Positions 25,730 to 35,012 of a DNA stretch of 40,243 nucleotides are shown here, piece after piece. Numbering within the stretch: position 1 is the stretch's first letter; the number at the start of each line of letters is the position of its first letter. Location of the stretch: NCBI GenBank assembly GCA_049720225.1, contig JBNASD010000005.1, positions 1 through 40,243 on the forward strand, given 5' to 3'. The notes below the pieces were generated by a model. The model did no database searches. It saw nothing but the letters and a program-made list of their open reading frames with translations, and was not told the DNA's origin. Source of the stretch: Microgenomates group bacterium (GTDB lineage Bacteria; Patescibacteriota; Microgenomatia; PFEM01; JBNASD01). The translations under genes and the position numbers were made by a program.

Positions 25730-26479
25730 ATGAAAAAAGTAAGCGTTATCATTCCTGCTTATAACGAAGAAACTACTATTGCCGGAGTGGTTACAACCTG
25801 TTTAAAAACTCCAGAAGTGGCAGAAATTATTGTTGTCAGCGATGGTTCCACCGATCAAACGGTAAATGAAGTAAAAAAAATTAAAAGTAAAAAAATAAAA
25901 ATCATTGAGTTTCCGGAAAATCGCGGAAAAGGAGCAGCTATTGCTGAAGGTGTTCTTAATGCTAAAAAAGAAATTTTGCTTTTTTTAGATGCGGACTTAA
26001 TTAACCTTCAACCCCACCATCTTTCTTCTTTAATTTGGCCAGTAATAAATGATCAGGTTGATATGACTATCGCTGATTTAAACTCTTCCTTTAAACCTAC
26101 CCTTCAGTTTATCTCTCCTCCTTTATTATGGTACTTTAGTGGTCAACGATGTTTAAAGAAAAAATTTATTTTAAAATATCTTAAAAAAATTGAAAAATCG
26201 CAATATGCAATAGAAATTTTATTAAACGAAATTTTTAAAAATAAAAGAGTAGTAGTTATCCCCTTTTATTCTTCAAAACCTCTTCATCTTTTAAAACATA
26301 AAAAATGGAAAGATTGGAAGGCAAGCTATGCAAAAGAAGTCTTTCAATTAGCTCAAGGAGTAATTAAAAACAAAAGCAAAGAATATCAGAAAAAATTTAA
26401 TCGTCTTCTTATAAAAACCTTAGCCTCTTACTTTAAAACGAGCATCAAAAAAATTCGACAATTCTTAGAGGAAGAATAA
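25730..26479 (+). CDS. family 2 glycosyltransferase
   Basis: GT-A motifs VSVIIPAYNEE, VVSDGSTDQT and FLDADL (DxD). Confidence 0.88.
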   Translation: MKKVSVIIPAYNEETTIAGVVTTCLKTPEVAEIIVVSDGSTDQTVNEVKKIKSKKIKIIEFPENRGKGAAIAEGVLNAKKEILLFLDADLINLQPHHLSSLIWPVINDQVDMTIADLNSSFKPTLQFISPPLLWYFSGQRCLKKKFILKYLKKIEKSQYAIEILLNEIFKNKRVVVIPFYSSKPLHLLKHKKWKDWKASYAKEVFQLAQGVIKNKSKEYQKKFNRLLIKTLASYFKTSIKKIRQFLEEE

Positions 26480-26515
26480 AATTGACAAAATTGGACAGGT
26501 GGCAAAAAGTGTCAA
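26478..26515 (+). repeat. 38-nt element, copy C, between convergent genes
   Basis: Sequence aaaattgacaaaattggacaggtggcaaaaagtgtcaa. Its first two bases overlap the GT2 TAA stop, and it contains the TGA stop (26514..26512) of the minus-strand gene. Confidence 0.85.
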
Positions 26516-27360
26516 AAAGAAATTAGATTTTTTATTTTTTCTTCTCCTATTAAAAATTCCTCATTATCGGAACCTCTTTTAATTAACCAATTTTTAGTTC
26601 CCTTAAAAAATTCCAATTTTTCTTGACCTCCTTCCCAATCTAAGGTTAAAGTTATTTTTGGGCTTAAAGAATAACCAGTAGGTCTTTCTTTTTCTATTAC
26701 TTCATCGGCAATTAAAGGCGAGAGGGTGGTTATTATTGGGTCTAAGATTTTATCTTCAATTTTTTTCTCCTTTTCCCACCAACTCCCCTCCTTTTTCTCA
26801 TAAGTCTTGATTTTAGGAGGTGAACGCCATTCAATTTTTTTTAATTTAGAAGAATCTAAAGAAATAATTGTTTTATCGACCCAAAAGGAAAAATCAATTG
26901 TTGGAGAAAACCAACTGCCCGCAACAAACCAAACCTCATCTTTACCCGGAAACCGCAAATAATTTCCCCCACTTCCGACTCCTAACCAAATTTCTTTCTC
27001 TTCATTAAGTTTAATTTTTAAGGCTCCTTGGTCATCTACTTTCATTTCTTTATGACGAGAGGAAGTTTTTGCCACCAAAACTGGCTCAGAAGAGGGAAAT
27101 AAAATTTCCAACAAATCATTTACTTGTACCTCTTTTGCTTTTTTTCCTGCTACTTGCCAAACTCCTTTATCTTTTTTAATCTCTAAACTTTTTTCGTTTT
27201 GCGTTAAAGTAATTTTTTGAATATTTTCCTTCTTAATTTCTAGTTGATTTAAATATCCGTTTTTTTTCGGCAAAATTTTTTCTCCAAAGTTCCGCCAACT
27301 TAAAAATCCTAAAAATAAAATCAAAATTACTAATAATGGCTTAAAATTTATTTTTTCCAT
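26512..27360 (-). CDS. DUF4340-like envelope protein (GldG-system associated)
   Basis: N-terminal anchor. The repetitive beta-rich sequence and the position at the end of a GldA/GldF/GldG-type locus match the usual DUF4340 context. The family call was made from memory, not from a search. Confidence 0.6.
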   Translation of the reverse strand: MEKINFKPLLVILILFLGFLSWRNFGEKILPKKNGYLNQLEIKKENIQKITLTQNEKSLEIKKDKGVWQVAGKKAKEVQVNDLLEILFPSSEPVLVAKTSSRHKEMKVDDQGALKIKLNEEKEIWLGVGSGGNYLRFPGKDEVWFVAGSWFSPTIDFSFWVDKTIISLDSSKLKKIEWRSPPKIKTYEKKEGSWWEKEKKIEDKILDPIITTLSPLIADEVIEKERPTGYSLSPKITLTLDWEGGQEKLEFFKGTKNWLIKRGSDNEEFLIGEEKIKNLISF

Positions 27361-27410
27361 ATTTAAAAATATTAAAAAAGAAAATAAAAATTTGTCACGT
27401 TTTTTGAAGA

Positions 27411-28148
27411 TTATTTTAATTCAAAAGTAACTGTCAACGTTTTTTGAATTGTCTCTGTTCCTGGCTCAAAGGGGATTCCTCCCCCACCCGCTCCTCCTTC
27501 CGCCCGAAAAACAGGATAAACCGGCGACGAATATCCTTCGCTTACCGACAACACCTTTCCTAATTTTTTACCACTTTTTTGAGCAATTGCTTGTGCCTTT
27601 TGGAGAGCATTTTCCATTGCTTGTTTAATCAATTCTTCATCTACTTTTTCCGGTGATTCAATTCCAAAACTTGGTCCCCAAATTGAAGTTGCCCCACTTT
27701 TGCTTAAAACACTGCTTAAAGCAGAGGCTTTATCAACATCTCGAAGTTTTATTTCTACCGAATTATCAACCCGCCAATTTCCTGGCCGATATTTTTGTAC
27801 CCCTCCCTCCCAATAGCTTTCTTGCTCTTGATAAACATTAAAGCTTTGAGTTTTAATATCTTTATCCGGAATTCCAAATTCCTTAACCGCCTTTAAAATT
27901 CCTTCCATTTTTTGAGAAACTTCATCAATTGCTTTTTGTTTATCGGGATTAGTAGTGGTTACCCCAGCGGTAAAAATCGCAATTTCTGTTTTTTGCGTAG
28001 TTTTGGCCATTCCCGTAACTGTTACCGTTTCTGAAGGAACAAAAGAAATTTTTCCCCAATTCACTTTCTCCCAAGGAAGAAAAAATATCGCCAAAAGGAA
28101 AACCCCTCCGATTAGAATTCCGATAAAAAAATTTTTTAAAAGGTTCAT
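27411..28148 (-). CDS. SIMPL (DUF541) domain protein
   Basis: TM anchor followed by a SIMPL-like pattern: TVTGMAKTT...AIFTAGVTT...GIPDKDIKTQSFNVYQ...ALQKAQAIAQKSGKKLGKVLSVSE. Confidence 0.75.
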   Translation of the reverse strand: MNLLKNFFIGILIGGVFLLAIFFLPWEKVNWGKISFVPSETVTVTGMAKTTQKTEIAIFTAGVTTTNPDKQKAIDEVSQKMEGILKAVKEFGIPDKDIKTQSFNVYQEQESYWEGGVQKYRPGNWRVDNSVEIKLRDVDKASALSSVLSKSGATSIWGPSFGIESPEKVDEELIKQAMENALQKAQAIAQKSGKKLGKVLSVSEGYSSPVYPVFRAEGGAGGGGIPFEPGTETIQKTLTVTFELK

Positions 28149-28335
28149 TTTTTTAAAAATATCAAAAAAAATTAGTAAATGTCAATATCTATATTAAAAG
28201 ATTTTCTCGTTCTACTCTTTCGAAAACAATAAACTATTTGGGATTTTAATAAATAAAGAGTTTGTTTCAACATTAGTCTAAATTTTCCATTGATAGTTCT
28301 TTTTCATTAATAACTTTTGTCCTAGGAGTAATTTT

Positions 28336-30087
28336 TTAGGGTTGAGGAATAATCATCGGCGCGTGACTTAAATAACCGTAAAGAAAATAAGAAGAATAAT
28401 AACCAAAAGAACAGCTTCCTATTTTTTCTTTATAATATAAAAATTCTCCACCGCTAGGCAATGATTGGTTAAATGTTCGGTGAAACTTAGCTTTTTGGAT
28501 ATCACATATTTGTTGATTTAGAGATTCTAAATCTGATGAAGCAGTAATTCCTGAAACAATATACTTAAGATCATAAAATTTTTTGTTTCTTACATTTGTA
28601 TCGTAGACAAAATAAGATACTCGTTCCCCTTTAGGATTGTTAACAATTTGAGGCTGGGTAGAAATTGTAGCTTTTCGATCAAAAAGAGGACCTCCAGTTA
28701 AAACTAAAAGCGGATCACCTCTATAGTTAAATTCAACGGATATTTTACTATTTAAAGAATAAATTACGTTTCTTCCCTGCTGAACAGAATAAATCTTAAA
28801 ACATCCTGTACCAAGATAGTCGCTCGTTTGATATGTTTTTTGAGAATAAAGATCAAAACAATTCTGATAATTAACATTAAGCCAACCTGTTTGATACGTA
28901 CCAATACCTATTTTTCTAAACTCGAATTCCATTGGTGTTTCCCCATAAACTACTGGCAAAGTGGTTTTAGCGTACAAAACATTAGGAAGGGAACTAAGTT
29001 CTGCTTGATTGAGAGCAATTTTAATTGAATAAAGATTGTTTTTGGTTCCCTGCGTATTGATTTGATAAGAAACATTATATTGATAAAGTTCGTTTGTTTG
29101 CCAATCAGGAGAATTGGCTAACGTTAAATTATAAGTAATAGCATATTGATTAAAAGGAGAGGGAGTTGGAGAAATGGTTGGTTGAGATGAAGGAGTTGTC
29201 GCTGGCAATAAATCAGAATCAACAAATTTAATCTCTCCTATAATTTCTCCGTGATTAGAGTTACCACTGGCATCATTAACATCATTATTAAAATGCCAAA
29301 GACCCAAGGTAAACTGATCAGGAAAAAATGGCGCTAAAGGCGGCAAAGAGTCTTTTGGCAGTCGCGCGGTAGCAGAAATTCTTACCTCATCTATTTCTCC
29401 ATAAAAATTTCCCATGCAAGCAGGAAAGTTTAATATTTTTACACAGCCAATAGTTAACATTCTTCCTTCTCTTTCATAACCATAACCACCTTGATCAATC
29501 ACTGCGGTTGCTTCTAACTGTCCATTCAATAAAAGATAAAGATTATTAGCCATTCTTACTCCAGCAAGATGATACCATCTATCAAATTCAAGGGTGGTTT
29601 TTCCCGTTAGAACAAGATTTACCGGTGGTTGTCCACTGCGGATCAAAAAAATCCGAAATTCTGGCTTTCGATTGGTAACTCCCAATGCATAACCCGGAGC
29701 TTCACCATCAGCAGTCTCTTTAGCAAGAATATAATGGGGATTGGTATCATTCATAAACTGGTTATTAGTCAATTTTATCCATCCTTCAACTGTAAAGTTT
29801 GATTGAATATTAAGAGTGGCAGAAGGATTAATTTTAACGAAGGAACTAGCGTCGCTAATTTTTATTGCTTTACCAAAAGGAGAAGATAAAGAAGATGGGA
29901 TTATGGGTGAAGGAACGGGAAGAAAAGCCCGAGAGGATAAATTAACTTTTGATAAAGTTGCTTCCAAAGTAATTGGAATTAATATAAGAAAAAAAATTAA
30001 AGAAAGAAAAATTATTTTTTGATTAAAATTATATCTTTGGCCAAAAATTTCTTTTCCCTGAAGAAAACTTTTAATTCTTTCTTGCAT
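28336..30087 (-). CDS. secreted LamG/concanavalin-like lectin-fold domain protein
   Basis: Laminin_G_3-like hallmarks: FTVEGWIKL, FDRWYHLAGV, LYLLLNGQL, IDEVRIS. The C-terminal half is unknown. Confidence 0.7.
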   Translation of the reverse strand: MQERIKSFLQGKEIFGQRYNFNQKIIFLSLIFFLILIPITLEATLSKVNLSSRAFLPVPSPIIPSSLSSPFGKAIKISDASSFVKINPSATLNIQSNFTVEGWIKLTNNQFMNDTNPHYILAKETADGEAPGYALGVTNRKPEFRIFLIRSGQPPVNLVLTGKTTLEFDRWYHLAGVRMANNLYLLLNGQLEATAVIDQGGYGYEREGRMLTIGCVKILNFPACMGNFYGEIDEVRISATARLPKDSLPPLAPFFPDQFTLGLWHFNNDVNDASGNSNHGEIIGEIKFVDSDLLPATTPSSQPTISPTPSPFNQYAITYNLTLANSPDWQTNELYQYNVSYQINTQGTKNNLYSIKIALNQAELSSLPNVLYAKTTLPVVYGETPMEFEFRKIGIGTYQTGWLNVNYQNCFDLYSQKTYQTSDYLGTGCFKIYSVQQGRNVIYSLNSKISVEFNYRGDPLLVLTGGPLFDRKATISTQPQIVNNPKGERVSYFVYDTNVRNKKFYDLKYIVSGITASSDLESLNQQICDIQKAKFHRTFNQSLPSGGEFLYYKEKIGSCSFGYYSSYFLYGYLSHAPMIIPQP

Positions 30088-30159
30088 AAAAATTAAATTT
30101 ATTAAAATTAAATTATTGAGATTAATTTTAAATTAAATAAAGATGAGTTGTCAACTTTT

Positions 30160-32340
30160 TTAAGATTTTGCTAACCTTTTCCTCTTTCCTAACCACCAAA
30201 ACGCCCAACCCACAATTATAATTGTCGGACCGGCTAAATTACCAATTTGAACTGCCAATGGTTGCCAAGAATTTCGGAACAAAAAGACTGCCTGACCGCG
30301 AGATTTTAAGGGAATGCTAGCAGTTTCCGCGGAAGCGGTTAGCCAATCTAAGAGATTAACCACCGCCGCTAAATTTGCCTGCGAATTAGCAACAAATTGG
30401 TCCTCTACCCATAAAGCATTTCCCACCACTACCAATTTTCCTTCTCCCTTTTCCGCAATTACTCCTAACACAATTTCCTCTTTGGTTGGCGCCGGCAAAG
30501 ATTTTACGATATTAGGAGAAACATCAAAATTCTCTTTTTGCCGACCAGCAGTAGAAGAAGCAAAAAATATTTTTTGATATTTGATTCCCTCTTTTTCTTC
30601 AATTTTTAGACTGGACGGCCAACCAAAAGTAACCGTTTTAATTCCCCCTAATGGCCCAAATTTTTCTCCCACTAATCCTTTAAGCCAAAAAGGATAAGAA
30701 AGTAAATATCGCCGTTGACCATCGGAAAATGCTAATATTTCATTAAGTTGTAAATCATAAACTAAATCTTGATTTAAAGTAATTCCCCAATTTTTAAAGG
30801 CTTCCCAAAGTGTGGATTGGGTTTTTGAGGCAAAAAGATATTGGGGATTAACAGAAACACCGTTTCCTAAATAAAAAATCTTGCCATTTCTGTTTAAATA
30901 ATTTTCTAAAACCGCTGATTGGGTAGCGGAAGTTGAACCATCGTCAATTACCAGCAAAGCAGAAATATCGCCTAAATTTTTTTCTTCTAATTGATAAATC
31001 CGGGAAAGTTGATATTGGCTTTGTAATACTTCCTCAAGAATTTGGGTAGTCACTGTTCCAGTTTTATAAAAACCAATTTTTGTCTCTTTTCCGGAAACTA
31101 ATTTTTGAATTCTTCTTGATAATTGATACTCCAAATCATCAGTTTTAGAAATAAAAGGAAGGGTTTCTGTTTTTTCTCCAAAACGAATCGCCAAACCTAA
31201 ATAACCCTTTTGCATCCCAAATTTACCTGCGCCAATGGTACTAAAAGTTACTGGGGTGATTCCCGCTCGCTGGGCTTCATTTTCTAATTCTGAAGATAAA
31301 TCAGGGTGGGAAATTTTTACCACTAAATTTTTCTTAGCCGCTTTACGATAGTCTTCCAATAAATCTGCCACCGCTTGGTAAACCTGGTGCATTTCTGGTG
31401 GCAAATCGCGGGAAGCATAAAAATTAATTGTTACTAAATCAGGTAAATCTTTTAAAATCTTTCTTGTTCCCTCTGATAAAGTATAAAGTCGAGAAAAAGT
31501 TAAATCTAACCGGAGTGGATAAACGGAAAAAATCACATTTCCCAAAACTCCCAACGCAAGAAAAATCCCAAAAACAAAAATTAACCGCCTCTTTAAAACT
31601 GGTTTTTCTACTAACCGCCGGTAAGAAAGACGAAAAACCGCCACTAATAATCCCAAACCAATAATTGTTAAAAACCAAAGCAAATCGCGAAAATCTATCA
31701 CTCCCCGGCTAAAACTTTCTAAATGAGTAAACCAAGAAAGTTGGGAAAAAATTTGATTTAAAGGATAAGGAACGGATAACAAAATGAATTCTGTGCCTAA
31801 AAAAAGCAAGGCAAAATTTCCTACTACTCCCAACAAAAAGGCGCCCAAAGCGTTATTAACTAACGAAGAAGCGGCTATTCCTACTGCCAGAAAACCTGCT
31901 CCCAAAAAAATTCCTCCTAAATATTGAGAAAAAATCTGTCCTAAATCTGGCCGAGAAAAAACCAATAAAGTAATCGGCAGTCCTAATGTTCCCCCCAAAA
32001 TCACCAACCAAAACCACAAAATTCCCAAAAACTTACCGGTAACAATCTGCCATTCAGAAAGAGGGTGGGCAAAAAGAAGATTTGCAGTTCCCCGGCGTTG
32101 CTCCTCGGCTAAACTTCTCATTGTTAAAGCTGGCGCTAAAAAAAGCAAAAACCAAGGAAGTAAATCAAAAAAAGAGCGCAAATCCGCCTCATTTCTTACC
32201 AACGCCACCCTGAGCCAGAAAAAAATCACCAAAACCAAAAACGGAACCATCACCACATATCCCAATGCTTGATTAATAAATCCGAAGAATTCTTTTTTGG
32301 CAATTGCCAAAATCCGGGGCATATTTAATATATTTATCAC
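30160..32340 (-). CDS. fused ABC-2 permease (GldF-like) and GldG-like auxiliary domain
   Basis: The N-terminal 240 aa are polytopic (ABC-2 type). A large extracytoplasmic domain and a C-terminal TM follow, as in GldG-type ABC-transport auxiliary proteins. Confidence 0.75.
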   Translation of the reverse strand: MINILNMPRILAIAKKEFFGFINQALGYVVMVPFLVLVIFFWLRVALVRNEADLRSFFDLLPWFLLFLAPALTMRSLAEEQRRGTANLLFAHPLSEWQIVTGKFLGILWFWLVILGGTLGLPITLLVFSRPDLGQIFSQYLGGIFLGAGFLAVGIAASSLVNNALGAFLLGVVGNFALLFLGTEFILLSVPYPLNQIFSQLSWFTHLESFSRGVIDFRDLLWFLTIIGLGLLVAVFRLSYRRLVEKPVLKRRLIFVFGIFLALGVLGNVIFSVYPLRLDLTFSRLYTLSEGTRKILKDLPDLVTINFYASRDLPPEMHQVYQAVADLLEDYRKAAKKNLVVKISHPDLSSELENEAQRAGITPVTFSTIGAGKFGMQKGYLGLAIRFGEKTETLPFISKTDDLEYQLSRRIQKLVSGKETKIGFYKTGTVTTQILEEVLQSQYQLSRIYQLEEKNLGDISALLVIDDGSTSATQSAVLENYLNRNGKIFYLGNGVSVNPQYLFASKTQSTLWEAFKNWGITLNQDLVYDLQLNEILAFSDGQRRYLLSYPFWLKGLVGEKFGPLGGIKTVTFGWPSSLKIEEKEGIKYQKIFFASSTAGRQKENFDVSPNIVKSLPAPTKEEIVLGVIAEKGEGKLVVVGNALWVEDQFVANSQANLAAVVNLLDWLTASAETASIPLKSRGQAVFLFRNSWQPLAVQIGNLAGPTIIIVGWAFWWLGKRKRLAKS

Positions 32341-32491
32341 CCAAAATTTTTTTCGTCAACCCCTTTTTTAATCTAAAACGCAAATAAAATAACTTTATTT
32401 TTTAATATTTTTCGTTTCTAAATCTAAAATCTTAACACTCCACTTTCTCTTTACTTAAAATTAAATTTCTGATAAAATATCCTATAATAAA

Positions 32492-32983
32492 ATGAGTGAG
32501 AGAAAAGAGATTACAGGTCTAAATCTTTTTCAAATAATCCACGAAACGATTCAAGAAATGACAGTGTGGGGATTAAATAATTTTGTTCTCGAAGGACCAC
32601 TAATAAATCAATCGGTGGAGCTTTCTTCTTTTCTTGCTTTGTTTCCTCAAAAAGAAGGCGATTTTGTTGGTGTTGCTATTGTTCCTGAAAAAAATCAGGA
32701 GGCTCTTTTTCAATTTTATCAAAAAATCTGTCGACTAAAAATTCCCGAAAGAGTAAAAAATTTAAAAATGAAAGATATCTCACCGTTAGCTCAAGCAATA
32801 ACCTCAAATTGTGCTTCCAATTTTCGACCTTCTTTAATAATCGGAATAGGGAAAACTTCAATTTCTCAAGAAGAAGTAATTCTTCTTTTTTGCCCTTGGG
32901 GAATGCCACCAGAAAAGGCATTAGAACAAATTCAAAGTTATGCTTCTTCAAAAAGAGATGAAATAGCAAGTAAAAATAATTAA
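32492..32983 (+). CDS. hypothetical protein
   Basis: 163-aa ORF on the opposite strand, between the ABC ATPase and permease genes. TAAAAT/TATAAT boxes lie 3-13 nt upstream of the ATG, with no SD. Confidence 0.5.
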   Translation: MSERKEITGLNLFQIIHETIQEMTVWGLNNFVLEGPLINQSVELSSFLALFPQKEGDFVGVAIVPEKNQEALFQFYQKICRLKIPERVKNLKMKDISPLAQAITSNCASNFRPSLIIGIGKTSISQEEVILLFCPWGMPPEKALEQIQSYASSKRDEIASKNN

Positions 32984-33011
32984 GTTTTTCTTAAAGCTAA
33001 AAATAAAAAAT

Positions 33012-33920
33012 TTAGCTTGTCAACTGAGCAAAAACTTCCTCAATTGCTCGTCCGCGGGAAAACATTGTGAGTAAAACCCATTTTTTGGCTACCGCGGTTT
33101 TAAAAATTTCCTCACGAAGGTCCTTTTTTCCTTCAACCTCTAAAAGATAATAATCTTTCCTTAATTCTTCTACCCGCAAAACCCCGGGAATTTTTACTAA
33201 TCCCTCTTTTACCCCCTTTCCGTGAATTTCCACTTCCAACAAATTTACTCCTCCTCCCATTCTTTTTAATTCCTCCACTTTTCCATCCGCCACTAATTTT
33301 CCTTTATTAATAATAATCATCCGGTCGACCATTTTTTCCAATTCTGCTAAAACATGAGAAGAAATAATCACTGTCCGATCTTTCCCTAAACTTTTAATTA
33401 ATCCGGAAATTTCCCGGCGTTGATTAGGATCCAAACCCTCGGTTGGTTCATCCAAAAGTAAAATTTCCGGTTTAGTTAAAATTGCCTGGGCTAAACCTAC
33501 CCGTTGACGAAAACCTTTAGATAGCTCCCCTACCGGCCGATAAAAAACTTCTTTTAATCCACAATTCTTAACCACAAAATCAACTGCCTTTTTTTGTTCT
33601 TCTTTTGTCAACCCCTTTACTTCTGCCCAAAAACGCAAATATTCTTCTACCAACATCTCTTCATACAAAGGATTATTTTCCGGCAAAAACCCAATTTTTT
33701 GTTTAAGAAGCAAGGAATTTTCCTCCAAATCTTCTTCATCAATTAAAACTTTTCCTTCTGAAGGGGGTAAAACGCCGGCTAAAATATTTAAAGTAGTCGT
33801 TTTTCCTGCGGCATTTGGTCCCAACAAACCCACAATCTCTCCCCGCCCAATTTTAAAAGAAAGACCATCAAGCGCTTTTACCTGCCCAAATCTTTTTTTC
33901 AACCCCTTTACTTCAATCAT
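33012..33920 (-). CDS. ABC transporter ATP-binding protein (GldA/ABC-2 type)
   Basis: Walker A GPNAAGKTT, signature LSKGFRQR, Walker B LLLDEP, H-loop SSHVL. Confidence 0.93.
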   Translation of the reverse strand: MIEVKGLKKRFGQVKALDGLSFKIGRGEIVGLLGPNAAGKTTTLNILAGVLPPSEGKVLIDEEDLEENSLLLKQKIGFLPENNPLYEEMLVEEYLRFWAEVKGLTKEEQKKAVDFVVKNCGLKEVFYRPVGELSKGFRQRVGLAQAILTKPEILLLDEPTEGLDPNQRREISGLIKSLGKDRTVIISSHVLAELEKMVDRMIIINKGKLVADGKVEELKRMGGGVNLLEVEIHGKGVKEGLVKIPGVLRVEELRKDYYLLEVEGKKDLREEIFKTAVAKKWVLLTMFSRGRAIEEVFAQLTS

Positions 33921-33979
33921 AATTTAAAAAATAAGAAAAAAAGAAATTTTTGTCAAGAGAAAATCTGTTTATTTAAATT

Positions 33980-34972
33980 TTAATAAGCCGTAGTTAAAAC
34001 GCGATGGTGAGGTTTAGAATCTTTCAACAATTGAGCCGCTTTCCACAAAACATTATCTACTTTTGCGGGAATTAAATCAGCCAAAAAAGCAATTATTTCT
34101 CCTGCCCAAATAGTCGAAGCGCGAATTTCTAATTCTTCTTTTCTTCCCGACTGAAGAATTTGATAACTATCTATTTTCTTTTCCAATAAAGGAGAATACT
34201 CTAACACCCCTAATGCTCTTAGTATTTGAGGAACTTTATAATCCGCAAAAAGAGTAAGTTCTTCAAGCTTTTTTATTCTTAAAGAAGGTAAAAAACTCAA
34301 ATCATAAGTAAATATTTGTGCTCGTTTATAAAAATTAACTCTTTCTCCACTCCAAAAAGAAAAGTCTTCAAAAGAAGGAAACTCTTCAATAATTTTTAAA
34401 GCAATTTTTCCTGCTTCTAATGGTAATTTAGCTAATAGATTATAAATATTCCCTTGATACTTTTTTTCAAGAGTTTCTCCTACTTGATTTAAAATCTTTA
34501 CCCTTTCCTTTAAAAGAGGAATTTCCTTATTATTACTACTGCGAAAAATATATTTTGCTTCTTTATAACTAAGATTTTTAAGATAAGAAGCATCAAGAAT
34601 GGGAAAATCTTCTTTTATTGCTCTTTGAAAGCAAGCTACTAACGCAAACCAACCATTGGAAATAAAATTACCCCTTGGATATTCTACTGTCCATTTTTCT
34701 TCATTTTTTCCTGCCCAGAAACAAAAATTTATTGAGTCCAAAATAAAAATCAATTGAGGAGTGGGATTAGAATCACCAAATTGATCTGAAGTAAGAGTAT
34801 CATTTCTCCTAATTTTTTCTTTAATAAACTCAACTACCCTTTTTAAATTTTTTAAATTAATCTTTACCAATTTACTATTTTTTAATACTTTAAAAGTGCT
34901 TCTTCTCACTCCTAAAGGATCGGGAGAATTTTGAAGAATTTTGTCAATAATTTTTATTTCATCTTCATTCAT
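33980..34972 (-). CDS. DUF2419/Qng1-like queuosine salvage protein
   Basis: NFCFW, VNFYKRAQIFTYDL and LTLFADYKVPQILRALGVL match the conserved blocks I recall for the queuosine 5'-phosphate N-glycosylase family. Not confirmed by a search. Confidence 0.7.
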   Translation of the reverse strand: MNEDEIKIIDKILQNSPDPLGVRRSTFKVLKNSKLVKINLKNLKRVVEFIKEKIRRNDTLTSDQFGDSNPTPQLIFILDSINFCFWAGKNEEKWTVEYPRGNFISNGWFALVACFQRAIKEDFPILDASYLKNLSYKEAKYIFRSSNNKEIPLLKERVKILNQVGETLEKKYQGNIYNLLAKLPLEAGKIALKIIEEFPSFEDFSFWSGERVNFYKRAQIFTYDLSFLPSLRIKKLEELTLFADYKVPQILRALGVLEYSPLLEKKIDSYQILQSGRKEELEIRASTIWAGEIIAFLADLIPAKVDNVLWKAAQLLKDSKPHHRVLTTAY

Positions 34973-35012
34973 TTTTATCCTTTATTAAAATTTTTTTGAT
35001 TCTTTTAAAAAT

